Assembly: GCA_965197965.1 (NCBI GenBank)
Contig: OZ240235.1
Span: 549,820-613,819 of the forward strand
Reading direction: 5' to 3'
From: Dehalococcoidia bacterium
GTDB lineage: Bacteria > Chloroflexota > Dehalococcoidia > Lucifugimonadales > QGNO01
Length of the DNA stretch: 64,000 nucleotides
Positions within the stretch are counted from its first letter, which is position 1. Every line of letters starts with the position of its first letter. This document shows positions 36,791-46,253 of this stretch, in pieces. The notes below the pieces were generated by a model. The model ran no database searches. It saw only the letters and a program-made list of their open reading frames with translations, and had not been told where the DNA came from. A program made the translations under genes and the position numbers.

Positions 36791-39700
36791 CTACTGCCCC
36801 GGCCCGGAAACAGTGAACACCAGACTATTGGACAGCTTTCTGCCGTCCTCCGTGCAGACGGCTCCCTGAGCCTCGCAGTCCGTCGTGACGGGCAGAACGA
36901 TGGTCACATCCTCGCTGGAGTCTGGCCTCACCATTATTCGCCACTTGATGTTGCTTGGCTTGTCCATGCGTTGAGCCTTTAGAATGGACCCACCGGTCAC
37001 AGTAAAGGCATGGAACTTTAGGGTCTTGTAGCTGAGCGGAATTTCCTCGCTGAACCGGATGTCGAATGTGAAGACATTCGAGGCGCCGTGGTGGCCGGCC
37101 ACGGGGAACACCAGGCGGACGGTCAGCGGCGTGGGCTTCGCCGCCACCGCCGCCGTCGCATCGCTGGTCAGCGTCTCATCGTTGTCGGCATCGTCGCGGA
37201 AGGAGACCCGCACTTGGATTGTCTGCCCTTTCTGCATGTCCTTGAGGGTGTAGCTGGAGCCGGTGGCCCCCGAGATGTCCGACCCTCCGGCGGTCCACTG
37301 GTAGCTGTACGAGACGTTGGTCAGCCCGTCCTGGTCGGCGATGTTAGACGTGTCAGCGGTCAGCGTCTGGTCCACCTGGGGCGTCCCGCCGATGGTGGGC
37401 AGTCCGGTGGCCGGAGAGTTGGGCTTGGCCGCAACCACCCCTGTCGCCGCGCTGGTCAGCGATTCGATGTTGTCCCGGTCGTCGGCGAATCTCACCCTTA
37501 CCGTGACGGTCTTGCCCTGCTCGTTGGCGGTGAGGGTGTAGGTCGAGCGGGTGGCCCCGATGGTCAGGCCCCCGGCCCTCCACTGGTAGAAGAAGGTGGC
37601 GTTCGTTATCCCGTCGAGGTCGGAGATGTTCGAGGTGTCCGCCGTCAGCGTCTGGCCCACGCGGGCCGTACCGTCGATGGTGGGCTTGCCGGTGGCCTGA
37701 CGGTTGGGTGCCGCAACCACCGCGCCCGTCGCATCGCTGGTCCGGGCCTCTGCGTTGTTCCGGTCGTCGATGAAGAACACCCTGACCTGGATGGTCTGCC
37801 CCTGCTCGCTGGAGGTGAGCAGGTAGCTGGGTCCGGTGGCTCCGTCGATGTCCGTACCGCCGGAAATCCACTGGTAGCCGTAGGACACGTTGGTCAGCCC
37901 GTCCTGGTCGTCTATGGGCGAGGTGTCCGCAGTCAACGTCTGGTCCACCTGGGGGGTCCCGCCGATGGTGGGCTTGCCCGTGGCCGGGGTGTTCTCGGCT
38001 GGCTCAATCACTCTGACGGCAACCTCATCCCCCTCGGACAAGTCCAGTCCCGGGTCGTTCCACTGGAACTGGATGATGGAGATGGAGTCCCTCTCCAGGG
38101 TCGATGCGTCGGTAGAGGCGAATTCGTCCGTCCCAACCACTAGGACAAAGTCGGCAGCCAATTTTGGCATCACTGAGAGAATCAGCTTGCCGTTCAGAAC
38201 CCCCAAGGCCCTGACGGTGTAGCTGGCATCGTCCAACGTGATGGTGTCGGACGAGAGAGCACCCAGGGTGTTGGTTTCCGGCAAAGACAGGAATGTCGTA
38301 TAGCCGGCAAAATTCTCTCCGCCCCCTACCGTCAAGGTCGCGGACCATATCGGTTCTTCCTGTGGTGTTCCAGAGGCTTCGGCCGACGTGGGAACGCCAA
38401 ACACCCAGGGGCGGGCCTGTTTGATGGACAGAACATCGTCGCTGGTGATCTTGAACTCGATTTCCATTGCGAAGGGTTCGTCGGGTCCGGGGTTGTACAG
38501 ACCCTCGAAATGGTCATGGATATCCTGGAGATGCCGGCGCAACTGGTCAATTTGAGCATCGCTCATGAGGAGTTGTCCTCGCGGCACCTGGTTGGAGGTT
38601 ACCAGGGTGGTGTATGAACCGGACAGGTCCAACAGGATTTCCTCGGGCACCGAGTGTGCGTCGGGATTGGTGACCAGGTCCTCACCCAGTTGCGTGTTGA
38701 CGTAGTAGCTCCCGTCCGTTTCGTAGATAGGGTCGAAGCTGACGGCCACGCCGTTGGCCAGCTCGTCCGAGTAGTTGGGATGGACCAGCACCCCCATCGC
38801 CGTCGCCAGGTGGTCGATGCGGTGGAACTCGCGTTCAGTGAATGCCCGGAAGTTCCACAGGCTGGCCCACACCCCTTTGATGGACTTGTCGATGCCGTCC
38901 TCCTCCGTCTCCTCCGGGTCCTGGGTCTTGGAGTCGTACAGCCCGGCGCCGCTGAAGCCCGGCAGGTCTTCGTTGTTGGTGCTGGACCGGTATCGCAGCG
39001 ATTGCCCTTCAGGGTAGGTGGCGTGCATCTCCTCCAGCGCGTCGATGATCCAGTCGGGCGTCTCCCCCTTCTTTATCTTCTTGCGGAGTTTCTTGAGTTC
39101 TTTCTCTTGAGTGTCATAGTCCGACTGGAAGTCCGGGTCTTCCAGCATCTCTTCGATATCGTCATAGAACCCGTTGTGCTTCATGAACTCGTCGTAGAAG
39201 TAGAAGGGCACCACGAACCCGTCGGGGACGGTTCCGTCGGGAAAACCCAGCGTCCGCAGCACGGCCACGTTGGCCGCCTTGACTCCAAACGCATTCCAGT
39301 CGTCGAAGCCAATGTCGTCCAGGTCGGTGATCTGGGTGACTGTGAGGTCCCGTTCCGGCGTCTGGGTTCCGGGAGGGCGCGAAGCGGCGAAGTAGGCCTC
39401 GACTTCGGCGGGAGTGGCGGCGCGGATGGAGTAGCCGTCCGCCGTGACGCTGTAGTGGACGTATCTGCCGATGAGATCATCGATGTCGCCGTCGTCTAGG
39501 GCGTCGCGAATGAAGGCGTTGGGGACACCGTCCTGGACGGCCCGCAGGTTGACGTGGGAAAGCGGTGTCTGGGGTACGGTGGTGATGAGGCCGGCGACCC
39601 GGGAAAGCTCGTTGGGGATAGTCTCGTAGATCACCACGTCGCGCGGGTCGGGGCGTTCCTCCAGCGACATGAGCCTGAGGAAACCGTACCCTTCCCCAAC

Positions 39701-42700
39701 GTTGAGGGGGAGGAATGGAACATCTGGCAGGATGTCCTCTCTCAACACCACATTGATCCGGGAATCATCGTAGAGGGCCCGTTCTCTGTGATAGAGCGGC
39801 AGGGCTCTCCTCGGCATGGGGTAATAGGCAAGGTTGTCATCAAGCAGCGCCATACTGGCCGCCAAAACCTCATACGAACGGGCCACATGGCCGAAGGGGT
39901 ATGCATCCATAGGCTGGAACTGGTAAAGGTAGACGCCCAGGGAACCATCAGGAGCAACCACATTGGGGTGGTATATGATCTCGCCGCCCATGTACCCCTG
40001 TCCCCAGAGTGGGTCGTCCCAGAGACCGATTGCATCCCCGAAATCGGGATGTATTCGGTGGGTCTCGGTGTTCATGAAATAGATGCCCATGTTGCCGGTA
40101 GACACGCCGATAATGTAGAACTTGACAAACTCCAGGTCCTGGAGATGGCGGTGATAGGGAACGTCTCTGCCCTTGTAGGAAAGCGCCTCAAATGTCTCAC
40201 GGTCTGGAATGGCAACAGCGCCATCAGGAAAAGGGACCGCCCTAGCGGGGTTCAGCGGGTTCATCGTCACCGGGTCCCCCAATTCGGTGATGTCGTCGAT
40301 GCAGTCGTTGTCGATGTCGGCCGGGTCGGCAATGAGGAACTTTTCCACCCGGTAATGTTCCTTGGGGAGCGGGGACAACTGCTCAGTCAGCGTTGTTGTG
40401 CCGTCTTCGCCCAGGGTCACCGAGACCGGGAACTCTCGTTCGGAGTCCAGGGCGGGCCGCACGTAGAGCACAAAGTATTCCTCGGTGGTGGACTCGACGA
40501 TAGCGGGAACGGCTTGAACCTCTACCGCCGTTGCCGCCGTGGCATGCTCGCCGACCGTGCACGCCACGACTGATACCTTGACCGTCCTATCACTGGTCAG
40601 CGCCTCCAGGCTGCCTGCGTCGTCATAGAACGACACCCGCACGCTAATGGTCTTGCCAAGGTCAGCCATAACCAGGGTGTAGGTCGAAGCCGTCGCTCCT
40701 TCGATGTCGGAGGAATTGCTCCCGAAGGGGCTGCGGACCCACTGGAAACTGAACGCGTCATCGTCGAGCCCGTCGGGGTCGGCGACCCCTGACACGTCCG
40801 CCGTCAGCGATTCGCCGACTTGGACGGCGCCGCTAATGACGGGCGCTCCCGTCGCGGCACGGTTGGCGGCCACCCTGAGAATCCTGTCGACGCCGGGTCT
40901 GTTGGAGGTGGCGATGTACAGAGCCCCGTCGGGGCCGAGCACCGGGGTCCGCAGTCGGCCGTGGCTGCCGTCGAGCTCCGGAACGACGATCTGACCCGCG
41001 AAATCGCCCTGTTCGGTGAACTCGAAGACCCGCAGCGACTTCGTCTTGAGCGTGGCCACCGCGAGTCGCCCTTCCCACTCCCCCCATTGGGGGCCCTGCA
41101 GGAAGACGGCCCCGCTGGTCGCCAGGGTGGGGAATCCCGAGGACCATCTGGCCTGGCGGGCAGATGGGAACTTCGCCAGGTCAGTCATGGGGACGCCGGC
41201 CTCGTCGGAATAGTCGTAGAAGACCAACGTGCCGTCGTCCGGGATCGGGTCCCAGCCGTAGTTGCCCCCTGGTGCGAGCAGATTGATCTCGTCGTCGTGT
41301 TTCGGGCCGTGCTCCACCAGCCACATCTGATCCGTGCCCGGGCGCAGAGCCAGGCCCTGGGGGTTGCGGAATCCGTAGGCGTACACCGGCGAGGAGGCGT
41401 CGAATGGATTGCCGGGCGCCCCGGCGCCCGTCCGTGGGTCTACGCGGAGGACCTTGCCGCCCAAGGACGTCAGGTCCTGCGCGCCCGTTACCACCCGCCC
41501 GTCGCCGGTCGCGATCCATAGATATCCCTCCGGACCGAAAAGCAGCCGGCCTCCCGAGTGCCAGGGGCCCGGACCGATCGGCATGCCCTTTACCAGGGGA
41601 TCGACGACGCGTGTGGCTTCGTCGTAGTCCGCGTCGATCGTCCAGGCGATCACCTGCATCTCGCGTCCGGCGTGCCCCTGGAGCGTGTAGAACCGCCGGT
41701 TGGTCGTAAAGTCCGGGTCCACGGCCAGCGCCTGCAGACCGGCGAACCCGTCGACCAACAGATCTCCGAGATCCGCGGCGACCCGCTTGACGGTGCCGTC
41801 GGTCAGCCTCGCGTTCAGCACGCCGGCGCGCTGGGTGAACAGCATCGTCCCGTCTGGGGTGAAATCAATGCCCCAGGGGTAGGACAGGCCCGTGACTATT
41901 TCCGTCACCGTCAGTTCCGGACCCGGCTCGCGGGCGCCCACGACGGCGGGCGAAACAGCTTCCGCGGACTTGCCGGGGCCCTGCCCGTCGGTGTACGACG
42001 CCTCGGCCTTGAGCAGCATCCCTTCGTCTTCTTCAGTTGGAACGTAGCTGTCTCCGTCGTCGTAGGCCTCGACGCCGGTCCAGGCGGTTCCGTCGGAGGA
42101 CCTGGCCCAGCTCCAAGAAACCGCGCCCGAAGACGCCGCAGGGCCCGAGCCGCCGCCCTCGAGGCCGTCGGGATCGCTCAGCGCGGCGCTGACCACCGTC
42201 CCGACCCTCGGCCTCGCCGGAAAGAGCGAAACGGTTCCGGGCCAATCCGCCGCCTTGATAGCCTCGGTGGCCTCGCTGGTCAGCGTTTCATAATTGCCAC
42301 GGTCGTCGACGAACGCCACCCGCACTTTGATCCGCTTGCCCATATCCTCGGCGACGAGCGTGTAGGTGGGCGAGCCGGTCCCGATGTTCGTCTCGGTCGC
42401 GCCGTCGACCCGCATCCACTGGTACGAGTAGGCCGCCCGGGTCAGCCCGTCGTCGTCCGACACGTCGGAGACCGCCGAGGCGAGCGTCCCCTTCACCTGC
42501 GGCGTGCCCGTGACCGTCGCCTCGCCGGCAGCCGGGTTGTTGATGAAGGAGCCTCTCGCCTCGATCTTGTAGGAAAACGCGTCGGAGGCCCATCCCTGAG
42601 CAGCGGCCTGAGGAGAATATGTCGCGCTTCCGTCCGCGATGGACCACCCCTCCGCGGCTCCCGTGTCTTCGGAGCCTCTCGCCGTTCCACTGATGGCGAT

Positions 42701-45700
42701 GGCGCCGGAACCGGTGACGCGGACCCTTTCGACGACCACGAAGTAGGTCCTCTCTTTCACGAGAGCCGGGCAGGTCGTCCCAGAGGCCGGAGCGGCGAAG
42801 GTGTTCACGCTCCGCTCGGACAGGCTCGCCAGGGCGATCAGCGTGCAGAGAGCGTCGCCCGGGACGCCGCCGCCGTCCGCGTTGAGCGTCACCTCGAGGT
42901 CGGACGACGTGTCCGAAACTTCGCCGAACTCGATCCCTACGGACGCCAGCGCGTACCCGGCTTTGCTGGTCCCGGTGGTGAACGCCTGGGCCCTCTTCGC
43001 GCCGGCCGAGCCCAGGTCATGGCCGACATCGCCGGACTGCCCCGTGTTGCCGACCAGCGCGGCGGCGGTCTCCGCGTCTTCGACGAACGGCCGAACGACA
43101 CCGCCGACGCCATGATAGGTGTAGATCATGGCATCGTCGGCGTCGACGACGTAGAAGGTCTCCCCGTCCGACCAGATGCCGGAGGCGTGGTCGTTGTCCT
43201 CGTGGAGCGGAAAGTCGTACCCCGCCTCGGTTCCGTCGGACAGTTTCACGCTCCGCACCGAGGCGTCGTTCGAGGCGAACCTGACGCCCCACATCGTCCG
43301 TCCGTCGGTGAAGAGGCCCCTCAGCTGGCCCCTGCCGGGGATCGTCAGCTTCCGGGACGTGTCCAGCCTCCCGTATTCGTCATCCCGCGTCTCGGGGTCG
43401 TCGAACAGACGGAAGGCGTGCGCGTGCGACGTGGTGTTGGTGATCCACAGGTGACGGCCGTCCGTCGCCATGCCGCGCACTATGAACACTCCCCCCGCGA
43501 CGTTCAAGCCCCCGTAGACGAAGTCCCGATCTTCCGCGCGCGTGAAACTCGTCAGGTCGTAGCCGAAGACGTCCCGGCTGGCGCCGTCAAGGGACTCTTC
43601 GGCCACGTACAGGCGGGGGCCGTGACCGGTGACGTAATGGTCCTCCTGGCCGAGGCTCGGAACGTCCCAGCCGGGGTCCCGGGTCCCGTACTCGCTGACC
43701 GCTGTGCCGGGGTTGTCCCACAGCTTGTAGGCGAAGACCTGCCGGGCGCTGCTGTCGCCGACCCACAGCGTTTCGCCGTCCGACCAGATGCTCTTCGGGC
43801 TCGCGTTCTCCGGATGCAGAGCAAAATCTTCGTCCTGGATCCATTCCCTTTGAACCAATGGTCTGCCGATCCACAAATGCATGTCACTGCCGCGGTCGGT
43901 GCGGATCCCCGACGTGGAACCTCCTGCAGGCAACAGAAAAGCAGCGGAGTCGATCTCTATCGTGACGGGATGGTGCCCGTGCGCACGAACATCGACAACG
44001 TCCGAATTTGAACTGCCCGAGGCGATGGTGACGGTCTCGGCGGACAGCTCTCCGTTACGGGCCGACAGTTCGACCTTCAGGTCGAGCGGCGTCGCGCCTT
44101 CGGCCAATCGGACCACGACCGTATCGTCTCCCCGCCGCTCCAGCTCCGCGGTGAACGTGAAAGGTGCGCCAGGATTGTCGCCCGCGTCGAGATCCGTCAG
44201 CCCCGAAAGACCTTCGAAGAGGCCGGTCGGCAGATCCTTGAGCTCGTTTCCCGAAAGGTCCAGCTCAGCGAGACTTCCGGTCTCGGCGAACACGTCCTCC
44301 GGCAAGCTCTTCAGGTCGTTCCCCGCGAGCGACAGTCTCTGCAGGTTGCCGAGACCGCCAAACACCCCGGCCGGCAGCTCGTCTATCGAGTTGGCGGACA
44401 GGTCCAGCTCCTCGATTTCGACCAGGTCGTCGAAAAGGCCGGCCGGTAGGTCCGAGAGCCCGTTGCCCGTGAGCGACAGCGAGACGAGTGCGTCCAAGTT
44501 TCCTAGCACGCCGTCCGGCAGCCACTCCAGGCGGTTCGCCGACAGGTCCAGAACGTTCAGATTCGCGGTTTGGCCGGCGAACGTCCCGTCAGGCAGTTCG
44601 TTCAGAAGGTTTCCCGACAGATAGATCTCCTCCACCGTCCGAAGGTCTTCGAAGAGGCCCTCCGAAACCGTCTCGAGGAAGTTTCTGTTCAGGTCCAGGG
44701 CGCGCAGCGCGTGCAGGTCCTGGAAATCCCCGGCCTGCAGGGCCGACAGTCCTCTCCCCTGAAGGTACAGCCCGGGCGTGACGTCGGGGCCGAAGTGCTG
44801 GGAGCCGGTCCAAGTCCTGAGCCTCGTCTCGGAAACCTCCGAGCAGTCGCCGACGCCGGGCATCCCGGCGACGATGGCCGCCATCACCGCAGGCGTCCGG
44901 TCGCAGATGCCGGGGGCGCCGACCCGGCCCGTCGGCTCGCTGGTAAGCGACTCTTCGTTGCCGGCGCCGTCGGTGAAGGACACCCTGACCTTGACGGCCC
45001 TGTCCCGGTCGCCGGGGACGATGGTGTAGGTTGAATCGGTCGCGCCCGCGATGTCCGTCTCGGCGTTCCCGTCGTTCGAAACCCATTGATATTCGAAGAT
45101 GGCGGCGTCCAGCCCGTCCGCGTCGGCGATGGAGCGGGTGCCCGCCGCCAGCGTCTCGTCCACTCGGACCGCGCCGGTTATCGTCGGCGCGCCCGCGGCA
45201 GGATTGTTCCAGTCGTATGCGTAGAGCTTAGCGTCATCGCGGGACGCCACCCACATCGTGGACCCGGCCGACCAGATGCCCTCGTAAGATTCATCGTCGG
45301 CGTCCAGCGCGAAGTCCTTGCTGCCGTCCCAGCTCCGGTCCGACATCCGGTAGGCGTACAGCTTGGAGTCCCGCCAGTCCGAAACCCACATCGTGGATCC
45401 GTTCGACCAGATGCCCATCGGAGAGTCGTGGCCGGGGCCCAGCGTGATGTCCTTCTCGAAGTCCCAGGCCCTGGTCGACAGGTCGTAGGCGAAGACCGTG
45501 TCGTTGCCGGTGTCCGCCACCCACATGGTGGTCCCGTCCGACCAGATGCCCTCGGGAAATCTGTTGCCGGCGGCGAACAACGTGTTGAAGTCCTTGCCCG
45601 AGTCCCGGCTCCGGTCCGACATCCGGTAGGCGTACAGCTTGGCGTCGGTGAAGTCCGACGCCCACATGGTGATCCCGTCCGACCAGATGCCCACCGGAGA

Positions 45701-45976
45701 GCCGTTGGCGGCGTCCAGGGTGAAATCCTTGCCCGAGTCCCGGCTCCGGTCCGACATCCGGTAGGCGTACAGCTTGTGATCCTCGAAGTCCGCGACCCAC
45801 ATGGTGGTCCCGTCCGACCAGACTCCGGTCGGATAGCCGTTGGCGGCGGCCAGAGTGAAATCGCTGCCGGAGTCCCGGCTCTGGGCGTGGGCATCAGGAG
45901 TGAGAAGCAGGGCGGCGATGACCGTCAGTCCGATGAGCAGCAGTGGGAGTGGAGCAAGACGCCGGGAGGCGGTCAT
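36791..45976 (-). CDS. Giant secreted mosaic protein (3061 aa): propeller repeats, YQW modules, LRR, PQQ-type sugar dehydrogenase propeller, PEP-utilising/PPDK_N-like domains
   Basis: The signal peptide is MTASRRLAPLPLLLIGLTVIAALLLTPDAHAQ.
- Five ~46-aa repeats (GIWSDG.TMWV.D....KLYAY) at ~45210-45890.
- LRR block at ~44000-44915.
- GSDH-like propeller at ~40870-41910 (GLSYPWGIDFTPDG...HSGGRLLFGPEGYLW...GFRNPQGLA...GGNYGWD).
- PEP-utilising His-domain-like plus PPDK_N-like region at ~38600-39700.
- Three tandem YQW modules at ~37130-38000.
- A unique C-terminal domain. Confidence 0.85.
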   Translation of the reverse strand: MTASRRLAPLPLLLIGLTVIAALLLTPDAHAQSRDSGSDFTLAAANGYPTGVWSDGTTMWVADFEDHKLYAYRMSDRSRDSGKDFTLDAANGSPVGIWSDGITMWASDFTDAKLYAYRMSDRSRDSGKDFNTLFAAGNRFPEGIWSDGTTMWVADTGNDTVFAYDLSTRAWDFEKDITLGPGHDSPMGIWSNGSTMWVSDWRDSKLYAYRMSDRSWDGSKDFALDADDESYEGIWSAGSTMWVASRDDAKLYAYDWNNPAAGAPTITGAVRVDETLAAGTRSIADADGLDAAIFEYQWVSNDGNAETDIAGATDSTYTIVPGDRDRAVKVRVSFTDGAGNEESLTSEPTGRVGAPGICDRTPAVMAAIVAGMPGVGDCSEVSETRLRTWTGSQHFGPDVTPGLYLQGRGLSALQAGDFQDLHALRALDLNRNFLETVSEGLFEDLRTVEEIYLSGNLLNELPDGTFAGQTANLNVLDLSANRLEWLPDGVLGNLDALVSLSLTGNGLSDLPAGLFDDLVEIEELDLSANSIDELPAGVFGGLGNLQRLSLAGNDLKSLPEDVFAETGSLAELDLSGNELKDLPTGLFEGLSGLTDLDAGDNPGAPFTFTAELERRGDDTVVVRLAEGATPLDLKVELSARNGELSAETVTIASGSSNSDVVDVRAHGHHPVTIEIDSAAFLLPAGGSTSGIRTDRGSDMHLWIGRPLVQREWIQDEDFALHPENASPKSIWSDGETLWVGDSSARQVFAYKLWDNPGTAVSEYGTRDPGWDVPSLGQEDHYVTGHGPRLYVAEESLDGASRDVFGYDLTSFTRAEDRDFVYGGLNVAGGVFIVRGMATDGRHLWITNTTSHAHAFRLFDDPETRDDEYGRLDTSRKLTIPGRGQLRGLFTDGRTMWGVRFASNDASVRSVKLSDGTEAGYDFPLHEDNDHASGIWSDGETFYVVDADDAMIYTYHGVGGVVRPFVEDAETAAALVGNTGQSGDVGHDLGSAGAKRAQAFTTGTSKAGYALASVGIEFGEVSDTSSDLEVTLNADGGGVPGDALCTLIALASLSERSVNTFAAPASGTTCPALVKERTYFVVVERVRVTGSGAIAISGTARGSEDTGAAEGWSIADGSATYSPQAAAQGWASDAFSYKIEARGSFINNPAAGEATVTGTPQVKGTLASAVSDVSDDDGLTRAAYSYQWMRVDGATETNIGTGSPTYTLVAEDMGKRIKVRVAFVDDRGNYETLTSEATEAIKAADWPGTVSLFPARPRVGTVVSAALSDPDGLEGGGSGPAASSGAVSWSWARSSDGTAWTGVEAYDDGDSYVPTEEDEGMLLKAEASYTDGQGPGKSAEAVSPAVVGAREPGPELTVTEIVTGLSYPWGIDFTPDGTMLFTQRAGVLNARLTDGTVKRVAADLGDLLVDGFAGLQALAVDPDFTTNRRFYTLQGHAGREMQVIAWTIDADYDEATRVVDPLVKGMPIGPGPWHSGGRLLFGPEGYLWIATGDGRVVTGAQDLTSLGGKVLRVDPRTGAGAPGNPFDASSPVYAYGFRNPQGLALRPGTDQMWLVEHGPKHDDEINLLAPGGNYGWDPIPDDGTLVFYDYSDEAGVPMTDLAKFPSARQARWSSGFPTLATSGAVFLQGPQWGEWEGRLAVATLKTKSLRVFEFTEQGDFAGQIVVPELDGSHGRLRTPVLGPDGALYIATSNRPGVDRILRVAANRAATGAPVISGAVQVGESLTADVSGVADPDGLDDDAFSFQWVRSPFGSNSSDIEGATASTYTLVMADLGKTISVRVSFYDDAGSLEALTSDRTVKVSVVACTVGEHATAATAVEVQAVPAIVESTTEEYFVLYVRPALDSEREFPVSVTLGEDGTTTLTEQLSPLPKEHYRVEKFLIADPADIDNDCIDDITELGDPVTMNPLNPARAVPFPDGAVAIPDRETFEALSYKGRDVPYHRHLQDLEFVKFYIIGVSTGNMGIYFMNTETHRIHPDFGDAIGLWDDPLWGQGYMGGEIIYHPNVVAPDGSLGVYLYQFQPMDAYPFGHVARSYEVLAASMALLDDNLAYYPMPRRALPLYHRERALYDDSRINVVLREDILPDVPFLPLNVGEGYGFLRLMSLEERPDPRDVVIYETIPNELSRVAGLITTVPQTPLSHVNLRAVQDGVPNAFIRDALDDGDIDDLIGRYVHYSVTADGYSIRAATPAEVEAYFAASRPPGTQTPERDLTVTQITDLDDIGFDDWNAFGVKAANVAVLRTLGFPDGTVPDGFVVPFYFYDEFMKHNGFYDDIEEMLEDPDFQSDYDTQEKELKKLRKKIKKGETPDWIIDALEEMHATYPEGQSLRYRSSTNNEDLPGFSGAGLYDSKTQDPEETEEDGIDKSIKGVWASLWNFRAFTEREFHRIDHLATAMGVLVHPNYSDELANGVAVSFDPIYETDGSYYVNTQLGEDLVTNPDAHSVPEEILLDLSGSYTTLVTSNQVPRGQLLMSDAQIDQLRRHLQDIHDHFEGLYNPGPDEPFAMEIEFKITSDDVLSIKQARPWVFGVPTSAEASGTPQEEPIWSATLTVGGGENFAGYTTFLSLPETNTLGALSSDTITLDDASYTVRALGVLNGKLILSVMPKLAADFVLVVGTDEFASTDASTLERDSISIIQFQWNDPGLDLSEGDEVAVRVIEPAENTPATGKPTIGGTPQVDQTLTADTSPIDDQDGLTNVSYGYQWISGGTDIDGATGPSYLLTSSEQGQTIQVRVFFIDDRNNAEARTSDATGAVVAAPNRQATGKPTIDGTARVGQTLTADTSNISDLDGITNATFFYQWRAGGLTIGATRSTYTLTANEQGKTVTVRVRFADDRDNIESLTSAATGVVAAKPNSPATGLPTIGGTPQVDQTLTADTSNIADQDGLTNVSYSYQWTAGGSDISGATGSSYTLKDMQKGQTIQVRVSFRDDADNDETLTSDATAAVAAKPTPLTVRLVFPVAGHHGASNVFTFDIRFSEEIPLSYKTLKFHAFTVTGGSILKAQRMDKPSNIKWRIMVRPDSSEDVTIVLPVTTDCEAQGAVCTEDGRKLSNSLVFTVSGPGQ

Positions 45977-45991
45977 GAATCACCCCTAACC

Positions 45992-46253
45992 GGCCCGGAA
46001 ACAGTGAACACCAGACTATTGGACAGCTTTCTGCCGTCTCCGGTGCAGACGGCCCCGTCAGCGTCGCAGTCCGTCGTGGCGGGCAGAACGATGGTCACAT
46101 CCTCGTTGGAGTCTGGCCTCACCATTATTCGCCACTTGATGTTGCTTGGCTTGTCCATGCGTTGAGCCTTTAGTATGGATCCACCGGTCACAGTAAAGGC
46201 GTGGAACTTTAGCGTCTTGTAGCTGAGGGGAATATCCTCGCTGAACCGGATGT
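45992..46253 (-). pseudogene. Remnant copy of the 3' end of the giant gene (C-terminal domain only)
   Basis: About 260 bp is nearly identical by eye to 36801-37062. Track ORF 45973..46191 reads (M)TGGSILKAQRMDKPSNIKWRIMVRPDSNEDVTIVLPATTDCDADGAVCTGDGRKLSNSLVFTVSGP, against the genuine C-terminus ...VTGGSILKAQRMDKPSNIKWRIMVRPDSSEDVTIVLPVTTDCEAQGAVCTEDGRKLSNSLVFTVSGPGQ. Its TGA overlaps the ATG of the 3061-aa gene (ATGA). Confidence 0.75.
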
